Below the pieces are notes generated by a model. It saw only the letters and a list, made by a program, of their open reading frames with translations, searched no databases and was not told where the DNA came from. This document shows, piece after piece, positions 1-11,806 of a stretch of 64,000 nt of DNA. The DNA is taken from positions 150,452 to 214,451 of the forward strand of contig CP140044.1 of assembly GCA_039830045.1 (NCBI GenBank). Reading direction: 5' to 3'. The DNA is from Buchnera aphidicola (Floraphis choui) (GTDB lineage Bacteria > Pseudomonadota > Gammaproteobacteria > Enterobacterales > Enterobacteriaceae). A program made the translations under genes and the position numbers. Within the stretch, counting starts at the first letter, position 1. Each line of letters starts with the position of its first letter.

Positions 1-71
1 CATGTTAAAATTGTTACATAATGTTGTTGTCACGAATTTATATAAAATATTGTGTATAGAGAATATATTTA

Positions 72-557
72 TTATATTTCTTTCATAAAGGTGTGAATGT
101 AAATTATTAGAATACTACCAAAAAAAATACTAATGTCTGCAATATTGAATACTGCAAAATGCCAGTTTTTGAAGTGAACATCAATAAAATCTATTACAAA
201 GCCAAAGTATAATCGATCGATTAAATTTCCAATTGCTCCACTGATGATTAGAGTGTATGGAATATTATAATAATTTGGATTTTTTAATATATAACATATG
301 ATTTTTAATATTATAACAATAGTTATAATATTTATTAGATATGAAAAATATTTATTTTCTTGATTAATTTCAGAAAAAATTCCAAATGCTAATCCATAGT
401 TTTGTATATGAACAATATTTAGCATTGAAGTAATTATTTTTTCTTCAAATAATGATAGGTTATTAATTACCCATCGTTTACTCAAACAGTCTAGCAAGAT
501 TACTAGACTAATAATACTTAATGAAATTATTATATTTAACAATATTGGTTTTTTCAT
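72..557 (-). CDS. lspA: lipoprotein signal peptidase II
   Basis: 161-aa ORF with multiple hydrophobic segments and LspA family motifs NYGLAFG and FNIADISI. Its ATG overlaps the ileS stop by 1 nt (TAATG). ileS-lspA order as in E. coli. Confidence 0.9.
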   Translation of the reverse strand: MKKPILLNIIISLSIISLVILLDCLSKRWVINNLSLFEEKIITSMLNIVHIQNYGLAFGIFSEINQENKYFSYLINIITIVIILKIICYILKNPNYYNIPYTLIISGAIGNLIDRLYFGFVIDFIDVHFKNWHFAVFNIADISIFFGSILIIYIHTFMKEI

Positions 558-3373
558 TATAAGAATTTACGTATTTCACCTTGCCCCGTTATGTTAGAGA
601 TACATCTTTTACATAATTTCAATTTAGTATCAATATTTTTAATATTAGGAATAATATGCCAACATCGCATGCATTTTTCTCCGTTTATTTTTGTAACGTA
701 TATTTTAAGATATTTTATTGATTTGCTTTTTATAGCATAATTAGGTGCAGAAGAGTAATTTTTTATTTGGATTTCTGATGTTAAAAATAAAAATTTTAAT
801 TCATCTTGTAATAATTCTAATTTTTTTCGAATATTATTATTGACGTACAAAGTAATTGATGATTCTAAAGAATTTCCTAATTTTTGATTTTTTCTTATGT
901 CATCTAATATCTTATTTACTTCATTTCTAATAATTAATAGTTCATTCCAATATTGATTATTCATAATGTTATCATCATTTAAATAAAATAATTGATTGAA
1001 CCATTCTTCGGTAAATACAAATTCATTCTTTTTTCCTGGTATATAATTCCATAATTCATCTGCGGTAAATGATAAGATAGGGGTGATCCATTTTATTAAT
1101 GCATTTAAAATTAAGTATATAGCACTTTGACAACTTTTTCTTGAAATATGGTTAGGTTTTATTAAATATTGTCTATCTTTAATTATATCTAAATAGAAAG
1201 AACTCATTTCTATAGAACAAAAATACATTATATGTTTCATTACATCATGAAAATTATAATTATTATAACTATTAATTATTTTATTTTGAGTCTCTAGTGC
1301 TTTTCCTACTGCCCATTGATCTAGTATTATCATATTTTTAGAAGATACAATTTCATTTTTAGGATTAAAATCATATAAGTTTGCAAGAAGGAATCGAGCT
1401 GTATTTCGAATTTTTCTATAAATATCTGATGTTTGTTTAAGTATATTTTCAGAAATAGTAATTTCTTTGCAATAATCAGTAGATGCTACCCATAATCTTA
1501 ATATATCTGCGCCAAATTTTTTTATTATATCATTAGGATGAATGGCATTTCCAATAGATTTAGACATTTTTTTCCCATTTTTATCTACTGTAAATCCATG
1601 TGTTATTACTCCATGATATGGAGAAGTAGAATTAATAGCAGTAGATATGATAAGAGATGACATAAACCAGCCCCTATGTTGATCTGATCCTTCTATATAT
1701 ATATCAGAAATATCATTATGATTAAATTTTTTATTATAGATATTAGAGAGCATAATAGATCCAGATTCAAACCAAATATCTAAAATATCTGTTACTTTAG
1801 TGTATTCGTTTGATTCATTTCCTAATAGTAGCTTTTTATCTATATCAAACCATGCTTGAACTCCATTTTTTTTTACATCTTTTATAATGTTATTAATAAT
1901 AGAAAATAATTTTGGATGTAGTTTTCCTGTATTTTTATGGAAAAAAATAGGAATAGGAACTCCCCACGTTCTTTGTCTAGATATACACCAATCGGGGCGA
2001 TTAGATATCATATCAATCATTTTTTCTTTTCCCCATTTAGGCATCCACTTTACTCTTTGTATTTGTTCTATACAATTTTTTCTTAAATTTTTATGATTCA
2101 TATTGATAAACCATTGCTGAGTAGCTCTAGAAATAATTGGTGTTTTGTGTCTCCAACAATGCGGGTAGCTATGATTGATAGTTTCTGTTTTTATTAAAGA
2201 ATTATTTTTTTTTAATAGTTCAATAATAATTTTTGTGGATTTTAAGATATTTATTCCATTTAATTTAGAGTGAATACCTGTTATATAATTTCCATTTCTG
2301 TCAATAGTTTTAGTTGCATTAATCCCATATTTTTTACTAACATTGTAATCGTCATTTCCAAATTCTGGGGCTGTATGTACAGCTCCTGTTCCTAAATCTA
2401 GAGTTACGTGTTCTGATAAAATGACTGGAATATCAATATTTAAAAATGGATGAGTGAATTGTGTATGTTCAAGAAGTTCTCCGAGTATTGTATTCAAAAT
2501 ATTCCATTTTTGAATTTTAAATTTTCTCATAGTTTTTTGAACTAATTCTTTTGCTAGGATAAATACTTGGTTTTTTGTTTGAATGAGTTGATAATATAAA
2601 TTAGGATTTAGTGTAATTGCTTTACTTGCTGGTAAACTCCAAGGTGTAGTAGTCCAAATTAACAAGTTTACATCGTCATTTAAATTAGTAATATTGAATA
2701 TTTTTTTTATAATTTTTTTGTTGGAAGATTTAAATGTTACAAAAGTAGAAATAGATGATTTTAAGTGATATTCAATTTCTGCTTCAGCCAATGCTGAACA
2801 ACAGCTTATACACCAATTTATTGGTTTAAAATCTTTATAGACATAACCAAGTTTAATCATTTTAGTAAGAGTTGTCATGATATTTGCTTCGTTTTTAAAA
2901 TTCATTGTTAAATATGCATTATTCCAATCTCCTAATATTCCTAACCTAATAAATTCATTTTTTTGCTTGTTTACTTGATTATTAGCAAATTCTCTACATT
3001 GTTTCTGAAAAGATTGTAAAGTTTTATTTTTTTTGCTTTTTTTGTTTATTTTTTCAATTTTGTGTTCAATAGGCAATCCATGGCAATCCCAACAGGGAGT
3101 ATATGGGGCATCAAAACCTGACATGTTTTTTGATTTTATTATAATATCTTTTAAAATTTTATTTACTGCATGTCCAATATGGATATTTCCATTAGCATAT
3201 GGAGGTCCATCATGTAAAAAAAATTTCTTATTACTTTTTTTAGTTGTTCTAATTATTTCGTAAATGTTGTTTTTTATCCATTTTTTGAGAATTTCTGGTT
3301 CTTTTTTAGATAAGTTTCCTTTCATAGAAAAGTTAGTATTAGGTAAATTTAGAGTTGATTTGTAATCAGTCAT
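557..3373 (-). CDS. ileS: isoleucine--tRNA ligase
   Basis: 938-aa ORF with class I HIGH motif ([11 protein letters not shown]), KMSKS motif (GKKMSKS) and C-terminal CxxC...CxxC zinc knuckle. Colinear with E. coli IleS. Confidence 0.97.
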   Translation of the reverse strand: MTDYKSTLNLPNTNFSMKGNLSKKEPEILKKWIKNNIYEIIRTTKKSNKKFFLHDGPPYANGNIHIGHAVNKILKDIIIKSKNMSGFDAPYTPCWDCHGLPIEHKIEKINKKSKKNKTLQSFQKQCREFANNQVNKQKNEFIRLGILGDWNNAYLTMNFKNEANIMTTLTKMIKLGYVYKDFKPINWCISCCSALAEAEIEYHLKSSISTFVTFKSSNKKIIKKIFNITNLNDDVNLLIWTTTPWSLPASKAITLNPNLYYQLIQTKNQVFILAKELVQKTMRKFKIQKWNILNTILGELLEHTQFTHPFLNIDIPVILSEHVTLDLGTGAVHTAPEFGNDDYNVSKKYGINATKTIDRNGNYITGIHSKLNGINILKSTKIIIELLKKNNSLIKTETINHSYPHCWRHKTPIISRATQQWFINMNHKNLRKNCIEQIQRVKWMPKWGKEKMIDMISNRPDWCISRQRTWGVPIPIFFHKNTGKLHPKLFSIINNIIKDVKKNGVQAWFDIDKKLLLGNESNEYTKVTDILDIWFESGSIMLSNIYNKKFNHNDISDIYIEGSDQHRGWFMSSLIISTAINSTSPYHGVITHGFTVDKNGKKMSKSIGNAIHPNDIIKKFGADILRLWVASTDYCKEITISENILKQTSDIYRKIRNTARFLLANLYDFNPKNEIVSSKNMIILDQWAVGKALETQNKIINSYNNYNFHDVMKHIMYFCSIEMSSFYLDIIKDRQYLIKPNHISRKSCQSAIYLILNALIKWITPILSFTADELWNYIPGKKNEFVFTEEWFNQLFYLNDDNIMNNQYWNELLIIRNEVNKILDDIRKNQKLGNSLESSITLYVNNNIRKKLELLQDELKFLFLTSEIQIKNYSSAPNYAIKSKSIKYLKIYVTKINGEKCMRCWHIIPNIKNIDTKLKLCKRCISNITGQGEIRKFL

Positions 3374-3399
3374 TATTTTTCTCTTTTTATAAAGTATTA

Positions 3400-4344
3400 T
3401 TAACTTTTATTATAGTAGTTATTAAAATATGAATTAGCTTGTTTAATGTCGTATTTAATTTGTTGTTGTAAGCTTTTTATAGAAGAAAAGAATATTTCAT
3501 TTCGAATTTTTTTAAGAAATATTACTTCTATATGTTCTTTATACAAATTTATTGAGACATTTATCAAATGTACTTCAAGTTTTTTTTCTATTCCAAGCAT
3601 GGTGGGTTGAGTACCAATATTTGCTACCCCAAAAAATGTTTTTTTTGTTGAAAAAACAAATACTTTTACTATAAAAACTCCATTAATTAGCATTCTTTTT
3701 TTGCATAAAATAATATTAGCTGTTGGAAACCCTATCATAGTTCCGTTTTGTTTTCCATAAGTAACCTTTCCAGATATACTAAAAGAACGTCCTAATAGCA
3801 TTTTAGCTAGTTTTAAATCGTGATTTTTTAGTGCTGTTCTAATAGCTGTACTACTTATTTTAATTCCATTAATTTTAAGTATTTTAGTTGTATAAACTTC
3901 AAAATTATGAGTTTTTCCCATGTCTTTTAGTAGAGTAACGTTTCCTTTCCTATGTATTCCGAAACGAAAGTTTTCTCCAATTGCTAAAAAACTAACATTT
4001 AATTTTTTAAGTATTATTCTAATAACAAAATCTATGGGATTTAGTAAGGAAAAACTATGGTTAAAGTAAATGCATAATATAGAATCGATATTCCAGTTAG
4101 ATAAATATCTTACTTTTTCTCGAAATTTCATCAAACGAATAGGAGGATCGTTAGGACAAAAAAATTCTTGAGGTTGTGGCTCAAAAATAGCAACAGTTAT
4201 TGGTTTGTTGTATTCTTTTTTTTTCTTACATACCAAATTTAGTAATTTTTGGTGACCTAAATGTACTCCATCAAAATTTCCTATAGTTAATATACAAGAG
4301 TTATCTTGAAGTTTTAGATTATTTATATTTCGTATTAGTTTCAT
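3400..4344 (-). CDS. ribF: bifunctional riboflavin kinase / FMN adenylyltransferase
   Basis: 314-aa ORF. N-terminus MKLIR...[10 protein letters not shown] and C-terminal riboflavin kinase region ([16 protein letters not shown]) are colinear with E. coli RibF. Located upstream of ileS as in E. coli. Confidence 0.95.
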   Translation of the reverse strand: MKLIRNINNLKLQDNSCILTIGNFDGVHLGHQKLLNLVCKKKKEYNKPITVAIFEPQPQEFFCPNDPPIRLMKFREKVRYLSNWNIDSILCIYFNHSFSLLNPIDFVIRIILKKLNVSFLAIGENFRFGIHRKGNVTLLKDMGKTHNFEVYTTKILKINGIKISSTAIRTALKNHDLKLAKMLLGRSFSISGKVTYGKQNGTMIGFPTANIILCKKRMLINGVFIVKVFVFSTKKTFFGVANIGTQPTMLGIEKKLEVHLINVSINLYKEHIEVIFLKKIRNEIFFSSIKSLQQQIKYDIKQANSYFNNYYNKS

Positions 4345-4555
4345 ATTAATAAATAATGAATTGTGGTATAGATTTTGTTAAAATTAGAGAAACAATGTTT
4401 TGAATTATTGATAATTTTTTGGTAATTATTTAGAATCATAATCTATTATGTCAAAATAATATATGAGATATAATAAATATATATTTTATTTTTTTATATT
4501 ATGTTTATAAATGAATTTTTAATTATTTATATAGGGCAATTTAGGAGTATATATT

Positions 4556-4819
4556 TTGGCAAATTTAAAGTCATCTAAAAAAAGTGCAATAAAATCTAAA
4601 CATAGGAAGTTTTGTAATTCTAGTAAACGATCTAAAATTAGAACTTTTATAAAAAAAGTGAATATTAAAATATTATCAGGAAATAAAGAACAAGCTAAGT
4701 TAGAGTTTGATAAAACTTGTCCTATTTTAGATAGATATGCTACTAAAGGTTTAATTCATAAAAATAAAGCAGCAAGGCATAAATCAAATTTAAAACGTAA
4801 GATAAAATTATTAGCATAA
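4556..4819 (+). CDS. rpsT: 30S ribosomal protein S20
   Basis: 87-aa highly basic ORF (MANLKSSKKSAIKS...). Starts with TTG at 4556-4558, as E. coli rpsT does. Divergent from ribF as in E. coli. Confidence 0.95.
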   Translation: MANLKSSKKSAIKSKHRKFCNSSKRSKIRTFIKKVNIKILSGNKEQAKLEFDKTCPILDRYATKGLIHKNKAARHKSNLKRKIKLLA

Positions 4820-4854
4820 AGTTTTTAAATAATAAGTAAAAATGTATATTTTTT

Positions 4855-4894
4855 AAAATTTGCTTCCATACTATTTTATATAGAAGCAAATTTT
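4855..4894. terminator. bidirectional intrinsic terminator hairpin between convergent rpsT and dnaJ
   Basis: Perfect 12-bp stem aaaatttgcttc (4855-4866) / gaagcaaatttt (4883-4894) with a 16-nt loop. Two further T follow the stem on the + strand, so the stem ends in a run of six T (4891-4896). On the - strand only the four T inside the stem are available, followed by A residues, so a dnaJ-side U tract is weak. Lies 36 nt after the rpsT stop and 8 nt after the dnaJ stop. Confidence 0.6.
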
Positions 4895-4901
4895 TTAAGA
4901 T

Positions 4902-6047
4902 TCATTTAGTAAGATCGTCAAAAAATTTTTTTACTCCTTCGAAAAATCGTTTTGATCGAGGAGGGCTATTTTTTTCTCCCTTAAATCCTCCAAAGCTTTC
5001 TCCTAATTTATGTAAAAGAAATTTTTGTTGTTCGTTAAGATTTACTGGTGTTTCTACTATTACTCGGCACAGCAAATCACCTTGGTTGCGGTCTCTAATA
5101 GACTTTACTCCTTTATTTTTAATTCTAAACAGTTTTCCTGATTGTGTTTCTGATGGAATTTTTAATTTGATTTTTCCGTCTAGTGTTGGTACTTCAATTT
5201 CTCCGCCTAAAGCTGCTGTAGAAAAGTTTATTGGCACTTCGCAATATAAATTATTTTCTTCTCGTTCGAAAATGGGATGTTTTTTTACCGTTATTTGAAC
5301 ATATAAGTCTCCAGAAATAGCTCCATTTTCACCAATTTCTCCTTCGTTATTTAATCGGATTTGATCGTTTGTATTTACTCCTGGAGGTATTTTAACTGAT
5401 AAAATTTTAGATTTCTCTATTCTTCCGTTTCCGTGACAAGAATAACATGGAAATCGTATTATATTTCCTTTACCTTGGCATTGTGGACATGTTTGCTGAA
5501 CAGTAAAAAATCCTTTTCGTGTTTGTATTTGTCCATTTCCATGGCACATATTGCAGTTTTGAGGTTTAGATTTAGATTGAGTTCCATGTCCATAGCATGA
5601 TGGGCAATTTTGTAAAGTTGGAATACGGATTTCTTTTATGACTCCTCGAACAGATTCTTCTAAAGTTAAACTCATGTTATAATGTAAATCTGATCCTTTA
5701 GAAGATTTTCGAGTTCTACCTCCACTAAATATATCTCCAAATACGTCCCCAAATATATCACCAAAGTCTGAGTTAGTACTAAAGCTATGAGTAAATGTGT
5801 TATTATTTCCTGAATTTCCTTGTTCGAATGCAGAATGTCCATATTGGTCATATGCAGCTCTTTTTTTTGAGTCGTTTAGAACTTCATACGCTTCTTTTAT
5901 CTTTTTAAATTTTTCTTCAGCTATTTTATTGCCTTGGTTTCTATCAGGATGGTATTTCATAGCTAGTTTTTTATAAGCTTTTTTTATGTCTCTTTCGTCA
6001 GATGATTGACTAACCCCTAAAATTTGGTAATAATCTTGTTTTGACAT
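4902..6047 (-). CDS. dnaJ: chaperone DnaJ (Hsp40)
   Basis: 381-aa ORF with J domain HPD motif (KYHPDRN), a G/F-rich linker and four CxxCxGxG zinc repeats ([32 protein letters not shown]). Confidence 0.97.
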   Translation of the reverse strand: MSKQDYYQILGVSQSSDERDIKKAYKKLAMKYHPDRNQGNKIAEEKFKKIKEAYEVLNDSKKRAAYDQYGHSAFEQGNSGNNNTFTHSFSTNSDFGDIFGDVFGDIFSGGRTRKSSKGSDLHYNMSLTLEESVRGVIKEIRIPTLQNCPSCYGHGTQSKSKPQNCNMCHGNGQIQTRKGFFTVQQTCPQCQGKGNIIRFPCYSCHGNGRIEKSKILSVKIPPGVNTNDQIRLNNEGEIGENGAISGDLYVQITVKKHPIFEREENNLYCEVPINFSTAALGGEIEVPTLDGKIKLKIPSETQSGKLFRIKNKGVKSIRDRNQGDLLCRVIVETPVNLNEQQKFLLHKLGESFGGFKGEKNSPPRSKRFFEGVKKFFDDLTK

Positions 6048-6074
6048 TCGTTCTTTTCCTGATTTACATATGTT

Positions 6075-6103
6075 ACGAGCATAATAAAGTACTTTATGCT
6101 CGT
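6075..6103 (-). other. intercistronic stem-loop in the dnaK-dnaJ spacer
   Basis: 10-bp stem acgagcataa (6075-6084) / ttatgctcgt (6094-6103) with a 9-nt loop, within the 97-nt gap between the dnaK stop (6145) and the dnaJ start (6047). No U tract follows on the transcribed strand. Confidence 0.4.
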
Positions 6104-6144
6104 TTTGTTGTTTATTTTAATTTTTTTGAGTCAATAAATAAACA

Positions 6145-8055
6145 TTATTTTTTAGGATCTTTTACTTCTTCAAATTCTGCATCTACAACGTTTTCTTCAG
6201 TTTTAGAAGAAGTGTTATTATTAGGGGAATTAGGTTGCGAGTTATTTTTAGAATTTTCTACTAATTTGGAAGAAAATTTTAATAAATTTTGTATTTTTTC
6301 TTCTATATCAGTTTTATTTTCACCTTTTAAAGATGCATCTAATTCATTTAAAGCTTTTTGAATATCTTCTTTATCTTGTTTATTTATAGTTTTTTCTAAG
6401 TTTTGTAATTGTTTTTTAGTGCTATGGGAAATTTGGTCTCCTTGATTTCTGACTTTTACTAATTCTTCAAATTTTTGATCAGATTCAGAATTTGCTTCTG
6501 CATCAGAAACCATTTTCTTTATCTCGGATTCGCTTAATCCAGATGATGACTTAATTGTAATTTTTTGTTCTTTTCCTGTGTTTTTATCTTTTGCTGATAC
6601 GTGTAATATACCATCTGCATCTATATCAAATGTTACTTCAATTTGTGCCATTCCTCTTGGGGCTGGTTGGATTCCATCTAAATTAAATTGGCCCAATGAT
6701 TTGTTATCTATTGATCTTTTTCGTTCTCCTTGAAGTACATGTATTGTGACAGCTGATTGATTGTCTTCTGCAGTAGAAAATATTTGACTGTGTTTTGTTG
6801 GAATTGTTGTATTTTTATTAATTAATGTAGTCATTACACCACCCATAGTTTCAATCCCTAATGATAATGGTGTTACGTCTAATAATAGTACATCTTTTAC
6901 TTCTCCAGATAATACACCTCCTTGTATTGCAGCTCCAACAGCTACTGCTTCATCCGGATTAACGTCTTTTCTTGGTTCTTTTTTAAAAAAATCAGCTACC
7001 TTTTTTTGTACTAAAGGCATTCTTGTTTGTCCACCAACTAAAATAACGTCATTAATGTCTGAAACAGATAATTTTGCATCTTTTAAAGCTGTTTTTAAAG
7101 GTTCAATAGAACGAGTAATTAGGTCTTCTACTAAAGATTCTAGTTTTGATCTAGTTACTTTAATATTTAAGTGTTTAGGTCCACTTGAGTCTGCTGTTAT
7201 ATATGGAAGATTGATATCAGTTTGTTGTGCAGAAGATAATTCGATTTTTGCTTTTTCTGCTGCTTCTTTTAGACGTTGCATAGCTAGTGGATCATTTCTT
7301 AAATCAGTTCCTTGATCTTTTTTAAACTCTTCTGACAAATAATTTATTAATCTGCTATCAAAATCTTCTCCTCCAAGATGAGTATCTCCATTAGTTGCTA
7401 ATACTTCAAAAGTTTTTTCTTGGTCAACATTATCAATTTCTATTATTGAAATATCAAATGTCCCCCCTCCTAAATCGTATACAGCTATAACTTTGTTACC
7501 TTTGTCTTTGTCTAACCCATAGGCTAATGCAGCAGCTGTTGGTTCATTAATAATTCTTTTTACATCTAATCCTGCGATTTTTCCTGCGTCTTTTGTTGCT
7601 TGTCGCTGTGCATCATTAAAATAAGCAGGAACAGTTATAACTGCTTCAGTTATTGATTCTCCTAGATAATCTTCTGCAGTTTTTTTCATTTTTTTTAATA
7701 CTTCTGCAGAAATTTGTGGAGGAGCTAATTTTTGTTTATTAACATTAATCCATGCGTCTCCATTTTCTGATTTAATAATTTTGTATGGCATTATTTTAAT
7801 GTCGCGTTGTACTTCTTCATCAACAAATTTTCTTCCAATTAAGCGTTTTATTGCAAATAACGTATTGTTTGGATTTGTTATAGCTTGACGTTTAGCAGGT
7901 TTTCCTACTAATGTTTCTCCGTTTTGAGTATATGCTATTATTGATGGTGTTGTTCTATCGCCCTCTGCATTTTCTAATACGCGTGGTTTGTTTTCATCCA
8001 TAATTGCAATACAAGAGTTAGTAGTTCCTAAGTCAATACCAATAATTTTACTCAT
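6145..8055 (-). CDS. dnaK: chaperone DnaK (Hsp70)
   Basis: 636-aa ORF with Hsp70 signatures [17 protein letters not shown] and [11 protein letters not shown]. Colinear with E. coli DnaK. Confidence 0.98.
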   Translation of the reverse strand: MSKIIGIDLGTTNSCIAIMDENKPRVLENAEGDRTTPSIIAYTQNGETLVGKPAKRQAITNPNNTLFAIKRLIGRKFVDEEVQRDIKIMPYKIIKSENGDAWINVNKQKLAPPQISAEVLKKMKKTAEDYLGESITEAVITVPAYFNDAQRQATKDAGKIAGLDVKRIINEPTAAALAYGLDKDKGNKVIAVYDLGGGTFDISIIEIDNVDQEKTFEVLATNGDTHLGGEDFDSRLINYLSEEFKKDQGTDLRNDPLAMQRLKEAAEKAKIELSSAQQTDINLPYITADSSGPKHLNIKVTRSKLESLVEDLITRSIEPLKTALKDAKLSVSDINDVILVGGQTRMPLVQKKVADFFKKEPRKDVNPDEAVAVGAAIQGGVLSGEVKDVLLLDVTPLSLGIETMGGVMTTLINKNTTIPTKHSQIFSTAEDNQSAVTIHVLQGERKRSIDNKSLGQFNLDGIQPAPRGMAQIEVTFDIDADGILHVSAKDKNTGKEQKITIKSSSGLSESEIKKMVSDAEANSESDQKFEELVKVRNQGDQISHSTKKQLQNLEKTINKQDKEDIQKALNELDASLKGENKTDIEEKIQNLLKFSSKLVENSKNNSQPNSPNNNTSSKTEENVVDAEFEEVKDPKK

Positions 8056-8162
8056 TATATTTTCCTTTTATGAATATATTAAGTTTAATAATATAATTGG
8101 TTTTATAATTGATTCCATCATTCTTTAAAATACATTTAAAATTATATAGTTTGATAATAAAT

Positions 8163-8192
8163 AGATGGGGTCAATTTTTTAATCATCAAGGT
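8163..8192 (-). promoter_or_regulatory. sigma-32 (heat-shock) promoter of dnaK-dnaJ
   Basis: The minus strand reads aaCCTTGATgattaaaaaattgaCCCCATcTat. CTTGAT (8185-8190) is followed by 14 nt and then CCCCAT (8165-8170), the same hexamers and spacing as my recollection of E. coli dnaK P1 (CCCTTGATGACGTGGTTTACGACCCCATTTAG). About 105 nt upstream of the dnaK ATG. Confidence 0.7.
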
Positions 8193-8299
8193 TAAAAAAA
8201 AACTAATTTAAAATATTAAAATATTTTATTTAAATAGAAAGTTTGTGGTTTTTAGTTTAGTATATTTATACTTTAGTTGATATACTATGTTAATAAACA

Positions 8300-8707
8300 A
8301 TGTCTTCTATAAATTCATTTTATAATACTCAGTGTTGGGCTTTTTTTACGTTTTTCTTAGCATCTGTTGGAATTTGCTTATTGATGTTAGCATTAAGTTT
8401 TGTGTTAGGTGGAAGATCTAGATCTAGGAATAAGCATACACCGTTTGAATCAGGAATAGATCCAGTTGAGAGCTCTCACTTAAATGTATCTGTTAAATTT
8501 TATTTAATAGCGATATATTTCGTTTTTTTTGATGTTGAAGCATTGTATTTATATTTATGGTCAATAAATATCATTGAAATAGGTTGGATAGGTTTTGTAG
8601 AAATTGTATTTTTTATTTCTTTTTTACTTTCTGGATTAATTTATTTAATTCGTTTGAATGCGTTTAATTGGGGATTAAAATATCCTTTAAAAAATATTAA
8701 TGTTTAA
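8300..8707 (+). CDS. nuoA: NADH-quinone oxidoreductase subunit A
   Basis: 135-aa membrane ORF with the conserved FESGI and FDVE motifs. First gene of a colinear nuoA-N cluster. Confidence 0.93.
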   Translation: MSSINSFYNTQCWAFFTFFLASVGICLLMLALSFVLGGRSRSRNKHTPFESGIDPVESSHLNVSVKFYLIAIYFVFFDVEALYLYLWSINIIEIGWIGFVEIVFFISFLLSGLIYLIRLNAFNWGLKYPLKNINV

Positions 8708-8723
8708 ATAGAGAACTTATTTT

Positions 8724-9398
8724 ATGAAGTATACGTTAACTAGAATAGATAATACAGAAAAAAGTAAGAATTATCCTGCTCATAAACAAGATATCGTATC
8801 TGATCCTATTAAAAATTACGTAAACAAAAACGTTTATATGGGAAAGATTAGTAAATACATTCATAATTTAGTAAATTGGGGTAGAAAAAATTCTTTATGG
8901 CCTTATAATTTCGGGTTATCTTGTTGTTATGTAGAGATGGTAACTTCATTTACTTCTATACATGATATTTCTCGATTTGGCTCAGAAGTTTTACGTGCAT
9001 CTCCCAGACAAGCTGACTTTATGGTTATAGCAGGAACGCCATTTATTAAAATGGTTCCTATTATTCAGCGTTTATACGATCAAATGTTAGAACCAAAGTG
9101 GGTTATTTCTATGGGTTCTTGTGCTAATTCAGGAGGGATGTATGATGTTTATTCCGTTGTTCAAGGTGTAGATAAGTTTTTACCTGTAGATATTTATATT
9201 CCTGGTTGCCCTCCCAGACCTGAGGCATATATAGAAGGATTGATGTTATTACAAAAGTCTATTTCTAAAGAACGTCGTCCATTATCTTGGATAATGGGAG
9301 AGCAAGGGATTTATCGAGCTAATATGCCTTCAGAAAAAAGTCAACGTCGAAAAAAATATATTTCTATTAAAAATCTCCGTTCGCCAGATCGAATTTAA
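8724..9398 (+). CDS. nuoB: NADH-quinone oxidoreductase subunit B
   Basis: 224-aa ORF with N2 cluster ligands ([22 protein letters not shown]). Confidence 0.96.
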   Translation: MKYTLTRIDNTEKSKNYPAHKQDIVSDPIKNYVNKNVYMGKISKYIHNLVNWGRKNSLWPYNFGLSCCYVEMVTSFTSIHDISRFGSEVLRASPRQADFMVIAGTPFIKMVPIIQRLYDQMLEPKWVISMGSCANSGGMYDVYSVVQGVDKFLPVDIYIPGCPPRPEAYIEGLMLLQKSISKERRPLSWIMGEQGIYRANMPSEKSQRRKKYISIKNLRSPDRI

Positions 9399-9494
9399 AA
9401 CACTATAATAAAATTATTTTTTGTAGAATATGAATTTTGTTTTAGTAGTTTTATTTTATTTTGTTTTTATTTAACAAGACAATATAAGATTATT

Positions 9495-11303
9495 ATGAAA
9501 TTTATGAAAACGAATGTTTTAGTAAGAGATAATGTGGTACAAAATGATTTTAACAAGCGTATTGATGATAATATTTTAAAAGAATTATCTAAAAATTTTG
9601 GAAAGGACCAGTTTGTTCTTCAATCAACTTTAATGGGAATTATTGTATTATGGATAGATAGTAGTTTATTATTAGAGGTTGGAAAGTTTTTACTTAGTAT
9701 AGATAATCCATATACAACATTGTTTGATCTTCATGGTATAGATGAAAGATGTCGATCTTATCGTTATAATTTACCTAAAGCTGACTTTTCAGTATTTTAT
9801 CATTTCATTTCTTTTTCTCGAAATAGTGATGTAATATTTAAAATCGCATTATTTGATAATAAACTTAGTGTTCCTACATTAACTGGGTTATATCCAAATG
9901 CTAATTGGTATGAACGTGAAACATGGGAAATGTTTGGAATTGTTTTTAATAATCATCCGAATTTAGTTCGTATTATTATGCCGAGAAATTGGAAAGGCCA
10001 TCCATTACGAAAAGACTATTCTTCTAGAGCTACTGAATTTGATTTCTTTACGTTAAATCAGTATAAGGAAGATACGGAAATGGATTCATTAAAATTTCGA
10101 CCAGAGGAATGGGGGATGAAAAAGCAAAGTCAAAATGTTCATTATATGTTTTTGAATTTAGGTCCAAATCATCCTTCTGCACATGGAGCTTTTCGTATTG
10201 TTTTACAGTTAGATGGAGAAGAAATAGTTAATTGCGTTCCAGATATTGGATATCATCATCGTGGAGCTGAAAAAATAGGAGAACGCCAAACCTGGCATAA
10301 TTATATTCCATATACTGATCGTATTGAGTATCTTGGAGGTTGCGTTAATGAAATGCCCTATATATTAGCAGTAGAAAAATTAGCTGGAATTATAGTTCCA
10401 AAAAAAGTGGAAGTAATTCGCGTTATGTTATCAGAGTTATTTAGAATTAATAGTCATCTATTATATATTTCTACTTTTATTCAAGACGTTGGAGCCATGA
10501 CTCCTGTCTTTTTAGCATTTACCGATCGTCAAAAAATTTATGATATTATTGAAGCAATTACTGGATCTCGTATGCATCCAGCATGGTTTAGAATTGGCGG
10601 GGTAGCCCATGATTTACCTAAAGGATGGAATAGATTATTAAAAGAATTTCTTGTATGGATGCCACATAGATTAACTAAATATATTAATGTTTCATTGAAA
10701 AATAGTATTTTAATAAATAGGTCAAAAGGTATAGCTGAATATAATAAATGTGATGCGTTAAAATGGGGAGTTACGGGATCTGGGTTGCGTGCTACTGGTT
10801 TAGATTTCGACGTTCGAAAAAAAAGACCGTATTCAGGTTATCATAATTTTGAATTTGAAATACCAATAGGTAGTGGAATTAGTGATTGTTATTCTCGAGT
10901 AATGTTAAAGGTAGAAGAAATTTGGCAAAGTCTTTCTATTTTAAAGCAATGTTTAAATAATATGCCGGAAGGTCCTTTTAAAGCAGATCATCCTTTAACT
11001 ACTCCTCCACCTAAAAGACAAACGTTTCAACATATTGAAACTATGATTACTCATTTTTTACAAATGTCTTGGGGTCCAGTAATTCCTCCTAATGAAAGTT
11101 TTCAAATGATTGAAGCTACTAAAGGGATAAATAGTTATTATTTAATTAGCGATGGTAATACTACAAGTTATAGAACTAGAATAAGAACTCCTAGTTTTCC
11201 CCATTTGCAGCAAATACCATCAGTTATTCGTGGCAGTTTGATATCAGATTTAATAGTTTATTTAGGAAGTATTGATTTTGTTATGTCTGATGTTGATCGC
11301 TAA
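9495..11303 (+). CDS. nuoC: NADH-quinone oxidoreductase fused subunit C/D
   Basis: 602-aa ORF colinear with the E. coli fused NuoCD ([14 protein letters not shown]; [25 protein letters not shown]; C-terminal [12 protein letters not shown]). Confidence 0.97.
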   Translation: MKFMKTNVLVRDNVVQNDFNKRIDDNILKELSKNFGKDQFVLQSTLMGIIVLWIDSSLLLEVGKFLLSIDNPYTTLFDLHGIDERCRSYRYNLPKADFSVFYHFISFSRNSDVIFKIALFDNKLSVPTLTGLYPNANWYERETWEMFGIVFNNHPNLVRIIMPRNWKGHPLRKDYSSRATEFDFFTLNQYKEDTEMDSLKFRPEEWGMKKQSQNVHYMFLNLGPNHPSAHGAFRIVLQLDGEEIVNCVPDIGYHHRGAEKIGERQTWHNYIPYTDRIEYLGGCVNEMPYILAVEKLAGIIVPKKVEVIRVMLSELFRINSHLLYISTFIQDVGAMTPVFLAFTDRQKIYDIIEAITGSRMHPAWFRIGGVAHDLPKGWNRLLKEFLVWMPHRLTKYINVSLKNSILINRSKGIAEYNKCDALKWGVTGSGLRATGLDFDVRKKRPYSGYHNFEFEIPIGSGISDCYSRVMLKVEEIWQSLSILKQCLNNMPEGPFKADHPLTTPPPKRQTFQHIETMITHFLQMSWGPVIPPNESFQMIEATKGINSYYLISDGNTTSYRTRIRTPSFPHLQQIPSVIRGSLISDLIVYLGSIDFVMSDVDR

Positions 11304-11323
11304 TACAAAATAGTGTTAAAAAA

Positions 11324-11806
11324 ATGTTAGATGATACTTTTACATTAAGCAATGAAGAAAAAAGACAAATATTAAACAAAAAAGATGATTATGAAGATAC
11401 TCGATCAATTTCTATAGAAGCATTAAAAATTGTTCAAAAAAGAAGAGGTTGGATTTCTAAAAAAGCTATTTGTGAAATTTCAAAGATACTTAGAATATCT
11501 GAAAGTAATTTAGAAGAAGTTGCTACATTTTATAGTCAAATTTTTAGAAAACCAGTTGGTCGAAATGTAATACGCTATTGCGATAGTGTAGTATGTTATA
11601 TGTATGGTTGTGAAGACATAAAATCAATTCTAGAGAATGAGTTGAATATTGTTATTGGTGAAACAACTAAAGATTTATGTTTTACTTTGTTACCAACATG
11701 TTGTTTAGGGAATTGTGATAAAGCTCCTACTATAATGATCAACGATGTTACTTATTCCTGTTTGACTCCAAAGTCAGTAGTTAAATTATTAGAGTTATAT
11801 AAATGA
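11324..11806 (+). CDS. nuoE: NADH-quinone oxidoreductase subunit E
   Basis: 160-aa ORF with the 2Fe-2S cysteine pattern (YCDSVVC...[10 protein letters not shown]). 4-nt ATGA overlap with nuoF. Confidence 0.94.
   Translation: MLDDTFTLSNEEKRQILNKKDDYEDTRSISIEALKIVQKRRGWISKKAICEISKILRISESNLEEVATFYSQIFRKPVGRNVIRYCDSVVCYMYGCEDIKSILENELNIVIGETTKDLCFTLLPTCCLGNCDKAPTIMINDVTYSCLTPKSVVKLLELYK

Noticed and set aside
1-71. CAT at positions 1-3, possibly the ATG of the next minus-strand gene downstream of lspA
   Set aside because: Only the start codon would be inside the window, so nothing can be supported from three bases.
1887-3263. Plus-strand ORFs 1887..2096 and 3033..3263 inside ileS
   Set aside because: They are antisense shadow ORFs within a well-supported gene. 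They are Phe/Ile/Leu-rich low-complexity translations of the kind expected on the complement of AAA/AAT-rich codons, with no family resemblance.
5086-7315. Plus-strand ORFs 5086..5298, 6041..6361 and 7055..7315 overlapping dnaJ and dnaK
   Set aside because: They lie antisense to highly conserved chaperone genes and have no motifs. 6041..6361 merely bridges the dnaJ start, the spacer and the dnaK 3' end.
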